64,000 nucleotides of DNA, taken from contig JBFMAF010000036.1 in assembly GCA_040755995.1 (NCBI GenBank), positions 96,001 to 160,000 of the forward strand. The letters run 5' to 3'. The stretch comes from Acidobacteriota bacterium (GTDB taxonomy: Bacteria > Acidobacteriota > CAIWXX01). Numbering within the stretch: position 1 is the first letter of the stretch; each line of letters opens with the position of its first letter. The notes under the pieces are model-generated. The model did not search any database. It saw only the letters and a program-made list of their open reading frames with translations, and was not told the DNA's origin. Positions 31,472-40,790 of this stretch are shown piece after piece. The translations under genes and the position numbers were made by a program.

Positions 31472-31745
31472 TCCGATCCGGCCGCGCGGGCCCGACCTCT
31501 TGGCTCTTCTCAGAAGACAGGGACCGGCACAGTCCCGTAGAAGGTCTTCCCAGGGGGCCCGAGGACGCGAGAAACACGGCCCAGCTCGTCGATCCAGGCT
31601 TCGGCTACGAACTCCATGCGGACGGCGTGCCGCAAGATGTCGAGACCCTGCGCCCCCGAGTCGCCGCGTAACACGGCCTTCGTGAGGATGACCTTGTGCC
31701 TCCGTCGATCGTGGTCGCCTGGCGCACGGTGTCCTTTCACCTCGT

Positions 31746-32021
31746 TCATCCGGATCTCGGGGACTCCCGTTCGTCATCGTCCGCGGCCGGGAGCTCGGGA
31801 CACCTCTCGGTGTGATCCCCCACCTCCTCAATGATGCTCTGGAACAGCACGAGAATGAGGTCGTGCTTGTTCTTGAAGTGGTGGTAGATCAGCGCCTTGT
31901 TGACGCCTGCGCTCCTCGCGATCTGGTCCACGCTCGTGGCGTCAAAGCCCTTCGCGCCGAAGAGCCTCTCCGCAACCGTGAGGATGCGCCTCTTTGTCGT
32001 TTCGCCTCCGGTGCGCGTCAT
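31746..32021 (-). pseudogene. Truncated TetR-family regulator
   Basis: Intact HTH (GFDATSVDQIARSAGVNKALIYHHF) then stop after ~91 aa. Confidence 0.75.
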
Positions 32022-32031
32022 GCTGTTCTCC

Positions 32032-32051
32032 TTAACTGACCGTCCGGTTAA
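32032..32051. promoter_or_regulatory. TetR-type operator palindrome
   Basis: ttaactgaccgtccggttaa just upstream of the TetR RBS. Confidence 0.6.
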
Positions 32052-32204
32052 TAATATACAGGAAGAGGACACTCGTCAAGTACGGTTGGAACGGTTTCCT
32101 GCGGGGGCGCGGCGACCGCCATTGAGCACTGATCCGGCTTGACACGGCGGGACCGGACGTGAGATAGACCCGGGGGACGTAGTCAAGGAAGCAGATAGAT
32201 GTGG

Positions 32205-32549
32205 ATGCCAAGCGTATTCAGCGTCCTTCGGCCCGCTGTGGGCCCAAGCTCCTCTCACACTCTGGGGCCGATCGTCGCCGCGAGTGACTTCAGAGGGCTC
32301 CTTGCCCGAAGCAGTATCACCACCGGCCGGATCAGCGTCACTCTGCAAGGCAGCCTGGCGCTGACGGGTAAAGGCCACCTGACCGATATCGCCGTCGCGG
32401 CCGGGCTCGACGGATTCCGCCCGGAGATGATCAGCTTCGACAAGGCCGTGGCGACCATGATGCAGGTCGGGGTCGACATGTCACGGAAATACAAAGAGAC
32501 GGCTCTCGGCGGGCTCGCCGCCGGTGGTCTCGGCGAGAGCGGAGCCTGA
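32205..32549 (+). pseudogene. sdaA: L-serine dehydratase with large in-frame internal deletion
   Basis: N-terminal GPSSSHT and GSLALTGKGH joined directly to C-terminal ISFD..DM..KYKETALGGLA in 114 aa. Confidence 0.85.
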
Positions 32550-32560
32550 GGCTGGTCCCG

Positions 32561-33820
32561 ATGAGGGTCCTGCTGGTCTCGGCGAACACCGAGCGTGTGA
32601 ACATGGCCACGATGCCGGTCGGGTTGGGGTATGTCGCCGCCGCGGCACGAGCCGCGGGACATGACGTCCGATTCCTGGATCTGATGGCCGAATCAGACCC
32701 GGCTCGCGCCATCCGCGGCGCCGTGGGCGAGCATCGGCCGGAAGTGATCGGCATTTCTGTCCGCAACGTCGATGACCAGTGCAGGGCGAATCCGCGGTTC
32801 CTCCTCGACGAGGCGCGCGCGACGGTCGGCGTGTGCCGCGAGGCGAGCTCGGCGCCGATCGTGCTTGGCGGCGCCGGGTACAGCATCTTTCCCGAGGAGG
32901 CGCTGGCGTACTTGGGAGCGGACTTCGGAGTGCGCGGGGATGGCGAGCGCGTCTTCGTCACACTGCTTGGCCGGCTGCAGCGACAGGAAGATCCCGTGGG
33001 CCTGCCCGGGGTGTACAGCGCAGGAAGAATCGATGCTGCTGAGCCTCTCTGGGAGCCGATGGATGCCGCGCACGCGCTCGGCGAGGACTGGCGCCGTTCG
33101 GTGGATGTCTCGAGCTCGGATCTGTGGGTGCCGGTGCAGAGCCGGCGCGGCTGTCCCAATGACTGTTCGTACTGCTCCACCTGCCGGATCCAGGGCCGCG
33201 CGATTCGTATACGGCCCCCTCAGGCTGTGATCGACGAGGTGGTGCGCCTGGCCGATGCGGGGTTCAGGCAGTTCTATTTCGTTGACAACGCCTTCAACAT
33301 GCCCGAGTCGCACGGTCTGGCGCTCTGTCAACTGCTGGAAGAGCGGAGGCTCGGCGTGCGCTGGCGGTGCATTCTGTATCCGCACAAAGTGAGAGGCGAG
33401 TTCGTCGCAGCGATGGCCCATGCGGGGTGCGTCGAGGTGGCGGTGGGCTTCGAGAGCGGCTGCGAGCGGGTGTTGCGAGCGATGAACAAGCATTTCACCC
33501 CCGGCGAAGTGCGGCAGCTCAACGGGCTGCTCGAGCGGCACGGCATACGGCGCACTGGATTTCTGCTGCTGGGCGGTCCGGGCGAAACGCGGGAATCGGT
33601 CGAGGAGAGCCTGGCCTTCGCCGCCTCCCTCCACCTGGACGCGCTTCGGATCACGACCGGCGTCCGCATTTATCCCGGCACACCGCTTACTCGCATTGCG
33701 GCCGAGCAGGGGATGATCCAGTCAGAATCGGGGCTGCTCTTGCCGCGATTCTACCTCGCGCCCGGCCTCGAATCCTGGATCGACGAGCGCGTGAGCCCAG
33801 GTTTCTTCACGTACAGGTAG
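32561..33820 (+). CDS. B12-binding radical SAM protein
   Basis: RGCPNDCSYC; N-terminal cobalamin-binding-like domain (ISVRNVD, VLGG). Confidence 0.92.
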   Translation: MRVLLVSANTERVNMATMPVGLGYVAAAARAAGHDVRFLDLMAESDPARAIRGAVGEHRPEVIGISVRNVDDQCRANPRFLLDEARATVGVCREASSAPIVLGGAGYSIFPEEALAYLGADFGVRGDGERVFVTLLGRLQRQEDPVGLPGVYSAGRIDAAEPLWEPMDAAHALGEDWRRSVDVSSSDLWVPVQSRRGCPNDCSYCSTCRIQGRAIRIRPPQAVIDEVVRLADAGFRQFYFVDNAFNMPESHGLALCQLLEERRLGVRWRCILYPHKVRGEFVAAMAHAGCVEVAVGFESGCERVLRAMNKHFTPGEVRQLNGLLERHGIRRTGFLLLGGPGETRESVEESLAFAASLHLDALRITTGVRIYPGTPLTRIAAEQGMIQSESGLLLPRFYLAPGLESWIDERVSPGFFTYR

Positions 33821-34535
33821 TCCCTGTTGGGCATCCGGCGCCCTGATCGGTAGCCGCCAGAGTCTCGTCGATGAATCGCGCGAGTACGTGCCGGCCGCCG
33901 TGGCTGAGCGAAATGAACGCGACGCCGATCCCGTTCAGCTTCTCCCGCTCGGCAGTGGTGTGGCGGACGACCCAGCCTTCGCCGGTGAGCGGCCCCGTCA
34001 TACCGGGAAGTGGCAGCTCGAAAACGATGGGAGCGCCTATCGGGGGTCGGGCGGTTGATTCGAGCAGCATACCGGAGCGCGAGATGTTCACGGTCTGACA
34101 GCTTAGCGTCTCTTCCATGCCCTGGACCCTGACCTCCACCCGCACCTGGATTCGGGCATTTACCCGTGGCGCCACCATTGTCCGGCGGGCGATCGCCGCC
34201 TCGAGCTCATTGGGAGACGCCGAGAGCGGCAACAGCACGTTCAGGCCGTTGCCCAAGAACTGCCGGTATTCCTCCATCTGGGCCTCGGGCGCGAGCAGGA
34301 TGAGGATGCATTTCGCACACGGCGTATTCTCCGAGCGGATTGACGCCAGGATTTCGGTGAACTGCAACTCGACGGACGGCTGGCTCAGGATCACCATCCC
34401 GTAACAGGTAGACTCGATGCGTTCTCTGAGATCTCCAGTTTCAGAGACATCTTCGACGAGGAACGGAGCGCGGGCCAAGAGGCCACGGCGTACTGAGCTC
34501 AGCGAGCCCGGCAGGTTGAACAGCAGGACCCGCAT
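33807..34535 (-). CDS. PilZ-domain protein with degenerate receiver-like N-terminus
   Basis: RRTMVAPR and NISRSG motifs, GIGVAF. Confidence 0.8.
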   Translation of the reverse strand: MRVLLFNLPGSLSSVRRGLLARAPFLVEDVSETGDLRERIESTCYGMVILSQPSVELQFTEILASIRSENTPCAKCILILLAPEAQMEEYRQFLGNGLNVLLPLSASPNELEAAIARRTMVAPRVNARIQVRVEVRVQGMEETLSCQTVNISRSGMLLESTARPPIGAPIVFELPLPGMTGPLTGEGWVVRHTTAEREKLNGIGVAFISLSHGGRHVLARFIDETLAATDQGAGCPTGTTCT

Positions 34536-34658
34536 GGCGTCCACTGGTGCCGTTTCAGATTCGAGCCCGGGCATCCGGATCACAGCTCGATTGGCCGGCC
34601 GTTCATCCGCGCGACCTCGCGGGATAGGCGCCCTCCCCCATCGGGTCGGCGAGCCATG

Positions 34659-36944
34659 CTACTTGATCTCGAAGCGATAGTGGTTGCTCTCCTTGCCGTC
34701 CACGATCACGCGCACCTCGCAGATACCCTTGCGGCATCGTTTGGGTATCTCGACCTTGATCGACGTGAGGCGCGCGCGTGTGATCTTGGCGAGCCTGGTC
34801 CCGAAGTACACCTTGATCTTCGATGCGTCGGCAGAGAAGTTGTTGCCGCGGATGGTAGCAGAGCTTCCGGGCTTGCTCGTCTTCGACTTGATGCGCGTTA
34901 TCGTCGGACAGCCGGGACAACCGGCTGTGACTGTGATCGTGGCTGTGGAGCTATCGGCTGTGCCGCAGGCGTTGGTGACGCGCGTCCAGAAGTACGCCGT
35001 CGCAGCCAGTGCGACAGTCGTGTACGAGCTGGAGTCCGTACCGACCGGCGTCGACGTGTCTCCGGCGAGGCCCTGGTACCACTGGTAGTGGAGAGGCGCA
35101 GTGCCTGAGGCCGTTACCGACAGGGACGCCGTCTGGCCACTCGATATCGTCTGGCTCTGCGGATCCTCTATTACGAGGGGCGCCGTACATCCGCCGCCGC
35201 CGACAGTAACGGTCGCGGTGTTAGAGTTCGCAGCGCCGCAGACATTCGTAACTCGCACCCAGAAATTCGTCGTCGCGCTGAGGGCCGCCGTCGTGTAGCT
35301 GGCCGAGTCTGTGCCGACCGGCGTGGATGTGTCACCAGCCGCGCCCTGGTACCACTGGTAGTGCAGCGGCGCGGTGCCCGAGGCGGCAACGCTGAGGGTG
35401 ACAGTCCCCCCGCTCGCGACAGTCTGGCTCTGCGGCTGCGTGGAGATCGAGGGGCATAGGCACGTCTGATCCACGAAATTGACACCCCAGAGGTTGCCAA
35501 CGGTCGTGCTATAGCCAACCGAGGTACCGACGGTCCTCGACTGATTGAGGAATATGCAGCCAGCCTTGGAGGCGCTCACGGTATATGTCCCCGCTGGGAC
35601 ATGGACCAGTGCGTAGATCCCTCTTGCGTCGCTCGTGTCTGAGTATGCACCTGCGGTCACGAGGGCGCCGCTGATCGGGTTCCCGCACCCGTCGAGGACA
35701 CGGCCGCTGAGGATTTCGCCGCCTCCGCTCACGAAAACGTTGTACACGCACTTGTAGACTTTGTTGAAGGATGGAGACGAGGTGATGTACGGAAGGTCGT
35801 ACCAGGTATCAGACGAGCCCGACCAGCCCATGTTGAGGTGGTGGTAAATCTTGCCCGAGCTGTACCCGTAGCCGTCGCACACGATCGCATGACCACCAGC
35901 CGCACCTGTGATTCCCAGGTTTACCGGCAACCCTGCATCGAGATTCGGGTTGACCATCTCGTACAACCCGTGCCCGACGAGTTCCTGGGCGCTGTTGTAA
36001 CCCGCGATTGCATTGCTGTACCCGAACCGCGAAGTCAAGGCGCCGGCAATGGCCAGAGTGTCCGCGGCTGAGCCACCGCTCTGGTACCACATGTTAACCG
36101 ATGCGCCCGTGTCGTGCGTCAGGTACCCGATGGCCCTCCTCTGGTTGTCGGGAGTCGAACCTGGCGGGTCGTACGGCATGTTGGCCCAGTCGTAGGCGCC
36201 GCCGGACCCGTCTCCGCCCATCGTGTTCTCGCTCTGCGGAGTCTGAGACGGGCCGACGTAGATGGTGTATGAGTGCACCCCGATTCCAGAAGTCGGGTGC
36301 TGATGGAATCGCATCAACTGCGACATGGCCGTGGCGACACACCCGCAAACCCAATTGTTCGGCGTGAAGTAGTTGTAGCAGAGCCCGCCACCGTCGTTGC
36401 CCTGGTTCCACCTGCTCTGCACGAACGCGTCCACCCGCGGATCGCTAGGCGATGGCACCGAGCCTAGATCCATTCCCGGACGCGCGTCCTGATTCAAGTA
36501 GCGCCGCCAGGTCTCCCTCGCATCAGATACCTCAGTCGAGTGCGCCGCCTCGGGTCCGCCCGTCTGCATCTCGCGCGCCCATCGAAGCCGGTCCGGCATG
36601 TCCGCCATCAGGAAGTCATACAGCGGATTCTGCGGATTCGGATCGATGAAGCCGTTGGCGGAGAAAGCAATTATCGGGTGGATGTAGTCGTCTGGGGCGA
36701 CCACCACGAACCCTGCCGGATCAAGCCTGACTGCATAATAGATGATTTCTCCGCCAGGGCCCTTCTCCGAATCCACGCCCTTGATGACAGCGCTCATCCT
36801 GGCGTTCAGCGGCCGCGGCGCCAGCCGCAACCACCCGGCTACGGCAGACATCGCCTGTTCCGCGCTAACCGGATCAGCCAGAACTACCGTCGCGGCACCC
36901 GCCAAGACGGTAAGAACCACAACAAGGCTAACCAGCTTCCTCAT
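34659..36944 (-). CDS. C10 (streptopain-like) cysteine protease with I69 propeptide, two Ig domains and IPT domain
   Basis: SRWNQ, GCVATAMSQLM, GHAIVCDGY, HLNMGWSG; two near-identical Ig repeats; basic C-terminal IPT/TIG. Confidence 0.92.
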   Translation of the reverse strand: MRKLVSLVVVLTVLAGAATVVLADPVSAEQAMSAVAGWLRLAPRPLNARMSAVIKGVDSEKGPGGEIIYYAVRLDPAGFVVVAPDDYIHPIIAFSANGFIDPNPQNPLYDFLMADMPDRLRWAREMQTGGPEAAHSTEVSDARETWRRYLNQDARPGMDLGSVPSPSDPRVDAFVQSRWNQGNDGGGLCYNYFTPNNWVCGCVATAMSQLMRFHQHPTSGIGVHSYTIYVGPSQTPQSENTMGGDGSGGAYDWANMPYDPPGSTPDNQRRAIGYLTHDTGASVNMWYQSGGSAADTLAIAGALTSRFGYSNAIAGYNSAQELVGHGLYEMVNPNLDAGLPVNLGITGAAGGHAIVCDGYGYSSGKIYHHLNMGWSGSSDTWYDLPYITSSPSFNKVYKCVYNVFVSGGGEILSGRVLDGCGNPISGALVTAGAYSDTSDARGIYALVHVPAGTYTVSASKAGCIFLNQSRTVGTSVGYSTTVGNLWGVNFVDQTCLCPSISTQPQSQTVASGGTVTLSVAASGTAPLHYQWYQGAAGDTSTPVGTDSASYTTAALSATTNFWVRVTNVCGAANSNTATVTVGGGGCTAPLVIEDPQSQTISSGQTASLSVTASGTAPLHYQWYQGLAGDTSTPVGTDSSSYTTVALAATAYFWTRVTNACGTADSSTATITVTAGCPGCPTITRIKSKTSKPGSSATIRGNNFSADASKIKVYFGTRLAKITRARLTSIKVEIPKRCRKGICEVRVIVDGKESNHYRFEIK

Positions 36945-37071
36945 GTACCCCCCTCCACAAGTCGAGCTGCCATGCGTGTTCCCCCTGCCGGACGGATGTG
37001 CGATCTGACGATCGCCTCCGGCTCCACGGCAGCGCAATGCGCCTCGCCGCTCCCACAGGGTTCACGCCTGG

Positions 37072-37100
37072 AGTATACGGGCGCCGGACAGCGAAATCAA
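37072..37100 (-). promoter_or_regulatory. sigma70 promoter of C10 protease
   Basis: TTGATT-N17-TATACT. Confidence 0.6.
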
Positions 37101-37174
37101 GGCCTCCCGCGCACAGCGCTCGCGATGGCGACGCGCCACCTGTTGGCTCAAGGTGTGTGCCCGGGGGACGGAAC

Positions 37175-37693
37175 CTACTGAAGCCCGTCGCCCGCGGCCA
37201 CGGCCTGCTCGATCGTCGACACCAGCAGAAACAGCGATCGAGCTCTGTCGGCGAGTGGCACGAATCCATGTCGGCTGTAGAAGCGGGCTGCCGTGTCATC
37301 CTTGGCTTCGGCCAGCACGGCGACAATGCCGATGTCGGTGCGGGACAGACGGGAGACTCGGAGGAGGGCATCCCTGAGGAGCGCCGATCCGAGGCCACGT
37401 CCCGATGCCGACTTGTCGACGGCGAGCCTGCCCAGGCAGGCAACTGGCACAGGATATCTTGGGCACTTTCGCCGAAGATCCGGAGGAATCGATTCGAATG
37501 CGATGCTCGCCACGCTGAGCGAGCAGAAGCCATATACACGTTCCGCATCCGACGCGACGAAAGTGCGCGAGTAGTTCTTGTCCTGCTGCTGCCTCGCGTA
37601 GAGTCTGATGAACTCGTCTAGGGCTGAATTCCCGCAGTCAAAGGAGCTCCGAATGTGGTCCCTGTTGAGGGGCTCGATCCGCCAGCCTGTCAT
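37175..37693 (-). CDS. GNAT toxin (AtaT/TacT-like)
   Basis: FDCGNSALD.F, PVACLGRLAVD..GRGLG, FYSRHGF. Confidence 0.9.
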   Translation of the reverse strand: MTGWRIEPLNRDHIRSSFDCGNSALDEFIRLYARQQQDKNYSRTFVASDAERVYGFCSLSVASIAFESIPPDLRRKCPRYPVPVACLGRLAVDKSASGRGLGSALLRDALLRVSRLSRTDIGIVAVLAEAKDDTAARFYSRHGFVPLADRARSLFLLVSTIEQAVAAGDGLQ

Positions 37694-37974
37694 CGCGCCC
37701 GCACGCCCCGCAACAGCCTGCGCAACGCCTTGTTCGGTTCCGGCGGGTTCTCGATCGCCCTCAGGAAGATATCGCGATCGCGATCGCTGAGCACGATGGC
37801 CTCATGTTCGGAAAGAACGCGCCTGGCCGCGTCGCGAGCGTGTGCCAGCATGAACGCTGACAACGTGAGACCTGAGATGTCGGCTGCCCGCTCGATTTCT
37901 CCGCGGACCTGTGGGCTCAACCTGAGATCGATGCGAGCACTCCTCTGCGAGCGACGTGACGCTGACTTCGCCAT
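37690..37974 (-). CDS. DUF1778 RHH antitoxin
   Basis: RIDLRL..IERAA..SAFM, IENPPEPNKAL; 4-nt overlap with toxin. Confidence 0.9.
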   Translation of the reverse strand: MAKSASRRSQRSARIDLRLSPQVRGEIERAADISGLTLSAFMLAHARDAARRVLSEHEAIVLSDRDRDIFLRAIENPPEPNKALRRLLRGVRAR

Positions 37975-38098
37975 CGCTGACCTCCTTTCCGGCAGTCTAG
38001 CACAATGTACGGAAAATTGCCACCATTTGCCGCGATCGAGATCGAGCGATCGGCTCGCCCGCGCGTGGCGTTGGCGACGGGTTCCGTGTGTTCCCATG

Positions 38099-39262
38099 TC
38101 AGTGGGATGGGTTCGAAGGTGGCGCGAGTATCTGTCCAAGCGACCGGATTGCGTCCTCGACAGGCCATACCTCGATCTCGTCCCAGTACTCGCGGTGTGA
38201 CCCACCGTAGAACAAGTAGCAGCGGGCGGACGGATAGTCCTCCTTGAAGAGGCGCAGCCCCGCCGCATCACGTCGCGAGAGCCTGGCACCCCGCTTGACT
38301 TCAATCGCGACAAGACCGCGCCGGCCGTACGCGACTATATCCACCTCTGCGCCGGTGCTTGTGCGCCAGTACGAAATCGAGTACTCCGACGCCGAATACT
38401 CGTTCATCGCGAGCAGTTCCTGCATCACGAGTGACTCTAGAGCGGCTCCTTCTATCTCCTCGGGCGTGTCCAGCGGCCCACTCGGCCTCAGCTGCCGGTA
38501 GACACCCACATCAAAGAAGTAGAACTTCGGGTGCGCAGCCATCCGCCGCTTGGCACGCCTGGTAAAGACCGGCACGCGGAAACCGAGCAGGAGGTCTTCG
38601 AGCAGGTCGAAGTGATACCCGACCGTCCTGCGATCGATCCCGGCCTCTCGCGCAATCTCAGCCGTGTTCAGCGTTGAGGCCTGGGAGAAGCTCGCCGTCT
38701 CGAGGAACCTGACGAAGGAAGCGATGTTCCTGGTCAGCCCTTCCTGCAGCACCTCCTCCCGGAGATACGTCTTGACATAGGACGCCAGGTAGTCCCGTGG
38801 CGCAGGCTCGGAGAAGATCGCAGGCATGTGCCCATAGAGCAAAGACTTTCTTAGATCGAAGTCATCTCCCAGCTCACCCGCCACCAATGGGAACATGCGA
38901 TACGTGTGCGCCCTGCCGGCCAGAAGATTCACACCGCCCCGGCGAAGTCTGCGGGCGCTCGATCCCGTCAGGACGAAACGCCATCCTCGAGCCTCGATCA
39001 TCCGGTGTACCTCGTTCAGAATCTCCGGGGCGCGCTGGACCTCATCGACCACCACCCATCCGCGATGGTTGCGCGGGACGAAGTCGGCGAGGCGCCCGGG
39101 GTGCGCGAGGAGCGACTGGTAGACATCGGCATCCAGCAGGTCGATGAACACGGCGTCACCACAGCGCTGTTTCAGCCATGTCGTCTTGCCCGTTCCACGA
39201 GGGCCGAACAGGAAAAAGCTGTGGCCCGCGGCCAGGGGTTTCGAAAGCATTCTGGCATACAT
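38099..39262 (-). CDS. AAA_14 ATPase with DUF4143
   Basis: GPRGTGKT, VDEVQR, TGSSAR, PKFYFFDVG, EVD..IEVK. Confidence 0.92.
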   Translation of the reverse strand: MYARMLSKPLAAGHSFFLFGPRGTGKTTWLKQRCGDAVFIDLLDADVYQSLLAHPGRLADFVPRNHRGWVVVDEVQRAPEILNEVHRMIEARGWRFVLTGSSARRLRRGGVNLLAGRAHTYRMFPLVAGELGDDFDLRKSLLYGHMPAIFSEPAPRDYLASYVKTYLREEVLQEGLTRNIASFVRFLETASFSQASTLNTAEIAREAGIDRRTVGYHFDLLEDLLLGFRVPVFTRRAKRRMAAHPKFYFFDVGVYRQLRPSGPLDTPEEIEGAALESLVMQELLAMNEYSASEYSISYWRTSTGAEVDIVAYGRRGLVAIEVKRGARLSRRDAAGLRLFKEDYPSARCYLFYGGSHREYWDEIEVWPVEDAIRSLGQILAPPSNPSH

Positions 39263-39263
39263 G

Positions 39264-39296
39264 TTTCCATTCTACATTGAAAAATGGAAAAGCCAA
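39264..39296 (-). promoter_or_regulatory. Leaderless promoter with overlapping inverted repeat
   Basis: TTGGCT-N16-TAGAAT-6nt-ATG; tttccatt...aatggaaa palindrome. Confidence 0.55.
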
Positions 39297-39412
39297 GCGC
39301 CTTTCGTTTTTCGTGGAAAGGTCGACCCGCGACGGCTTGGACGGGTCTCGGCCCCCGGTGAGCTGCCCCCTCCACCATGCGCCGGTAGGCGAGGCCAGAC
39401 GTGCGGTCGGGA

Positions 39413-39775
39413 TCAGGTCACATACTGCCGCATGCGTTCGGCCTCTTTGCGCAGCGAGTCGGCTTCGCGTCGATGCGTCTCGGCCTCCACTTTCCAGCGT
39501 TCAACACTGTCCTGGTCAGATGGCGACTGTGTGGTTGCGTAGCGCTCGGCAGAACGCACTGCTGCTGCATCGGCTTCTCCGGCGAGCACCTCGGCTTCCT
39601 TGGCCTTCTTCTCCGCCTCGTCCGCAAGCTGGAGATAGCGCTGCGCCTCGGCTTCGTTCGGCTCCCTACCGCCCTCTCGCGCGAACGCCCGCTCCAGCAC
39701 TCCTCCGACCTCCTCCTGCGTCCGCGTGTCAGCAGGCCGAAAGCGCCCGGAATCGTCCCTATCTGGATCGTCCAT
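39413..39775 (-). CDS. Small acidic coiled-coil protein
   Basis: E/A/R-rich helical ORF, last gene of operon. Confidence 0.7.
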   Translation of the reverse strand: MDDPDRDDSGRFRPADTRTQEEVGGVLERAFAREGGREPNEAEAQRYLQLADEAEKKAKEAEVLAGEADAAAVRSAERYATTQSPSDQDSVERWKVEAETHRREADSLRKEAERMRQYVT

Positions 39776-39831
39776 TGTTCATCTTCCCAGGTTGGAGCCA
39801 CCGAGTGCTGCGGGTAACGGCCTCACCGGCG

Positions 39832-40551
39832 CTAGTCCTTCTTGACATCGGCGGCCTCATCGGGCTTCTCGTAGCCCTTCTTCTCGGCTACCTCTTCGAC
39901 GCCCCACGTCCGGATCTCGCCGGCCTCTCGTCGCTTTTCCCAGGCCTCGTCACCCTTCTTGTCAGCCTCTTGACGCCACGCGTCCGCGTCTTTCTGCCGA
40001 GTCTCGGCCGTCTCCTTCAGACTATCCGCGTCCCACTTGTCCTTGGCGATTTCAGACCGCGTCCCAGCCGCCTCAGCCTGCAAGTCAGCGCGCTCGGCCC
40101 TGTGCCCCGCCTCCTCCTTGCGGTACTCTGATGCCTCCGCCTGGCGGTCCGCCGCCTGGGCCGCATAGTAATCCTTGTCTTCTTTGGACTCTGCACGCTC
40201 CGCCTGCCACTTTGCGTCGGCAGCTGAGTCGTCCTTGCGCTTGGCGTACCACTCATCCCAATCCGCGTCCTGCTTCTTGTGCCCCGCCTTGTACTCATCC
40301 CAGTCCGCCTTCTCCTTGGCGGCCCGGTCATCCACGGTGTCGGCCCACTTGCCCACCGCCTCCTCCGAATCCTTGCGGTCCTTCGGCGGCTCCTCCTTCG
40401 GCTTGTCCCAATCCAGGGCCTTTTCGACCTCCTTCTTCGTCTCCGGCGTGGCCTCGGTCTTGGCTTCCGTCTTCGCCTCGCTGGTACTCGTCGATTCGGC
40501 TTTCGCTTCCGTCGACGACGTGGTGCTGCTTTCCGACGTCTCTTCGGCCAT
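39832..40551 (-). CDS. Highly charged low-complexity helical protein
   Basis: GAGG RBS; E/K/D/A-rich with periodic Trp. Confidence 0.8.
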   Translation of the reverse strand: MAEETSESSTTSSTEAKAESTSTSEAKTEAKTEATPETKKEVEKALDWDKPKEEPPKDRKDSEEAVGKWADTVDDRAAKEKADWDEYKAGHKKQDADWDEWYAKRKDDSAADAKWQAERAESKEDKDYYAAQAADRQAEASEYRKEEAGHRAERADLQAEAAGTRSEIAKDKWDADSLKETAETRQKDADAWRQEADKKGDEAWEKRREAGEIRTWGVEEVAEKKGYEKPDEAADVKKD

Positions 40552-40586
40552 GTGTCACCTCTCTGAGAAGTCCTCCGTGCTATGTC

Positions 40587-40775
40587 CTATGTCTTTCGTG
40601 CTGCGTCACGCTCGGGCTCGGGAAATGCCCTCGCAAGCGCCTGCTCGGTCTCCGACCGCGTCTCGTTCGGCGCCGCCCTGAAGCGAGCTTCATCGACCTC
40701 GCCGATCTTCTCGACGGCCTTGTCCGATTCCCGCACCGCCTCCTGTGTGATGTCCATGCTCCCCGGATTCGGCAT
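40587..40775 (-). CDS. 62-aa small protein
   Basis: GGAGGAGG RBS right after ATPase stop; shares motif with 39413-39775. Confidence 0.7.
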   Translation of the reverse strand: MPNPGSMDITQEAVRESDKAVEKIGEVDEARFRAAPNETRSETEQALARAFPEPERDAARKT

Positions 40776-40790
40776 CTGTCCTCCTCCCGC

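Noticed and set aside
34930..35440. Direct DNA repeat in the protease gene as DGR TR/VR or CRISPR
   Set aside because: Explained by two in-frame Ig domains; no spacers or RT
36945..37070. Riboswitch in the C10 protease leader
   Set aside because: GC-rich pairing possible but no recognisable aptamer consensus; needs an Rfam search
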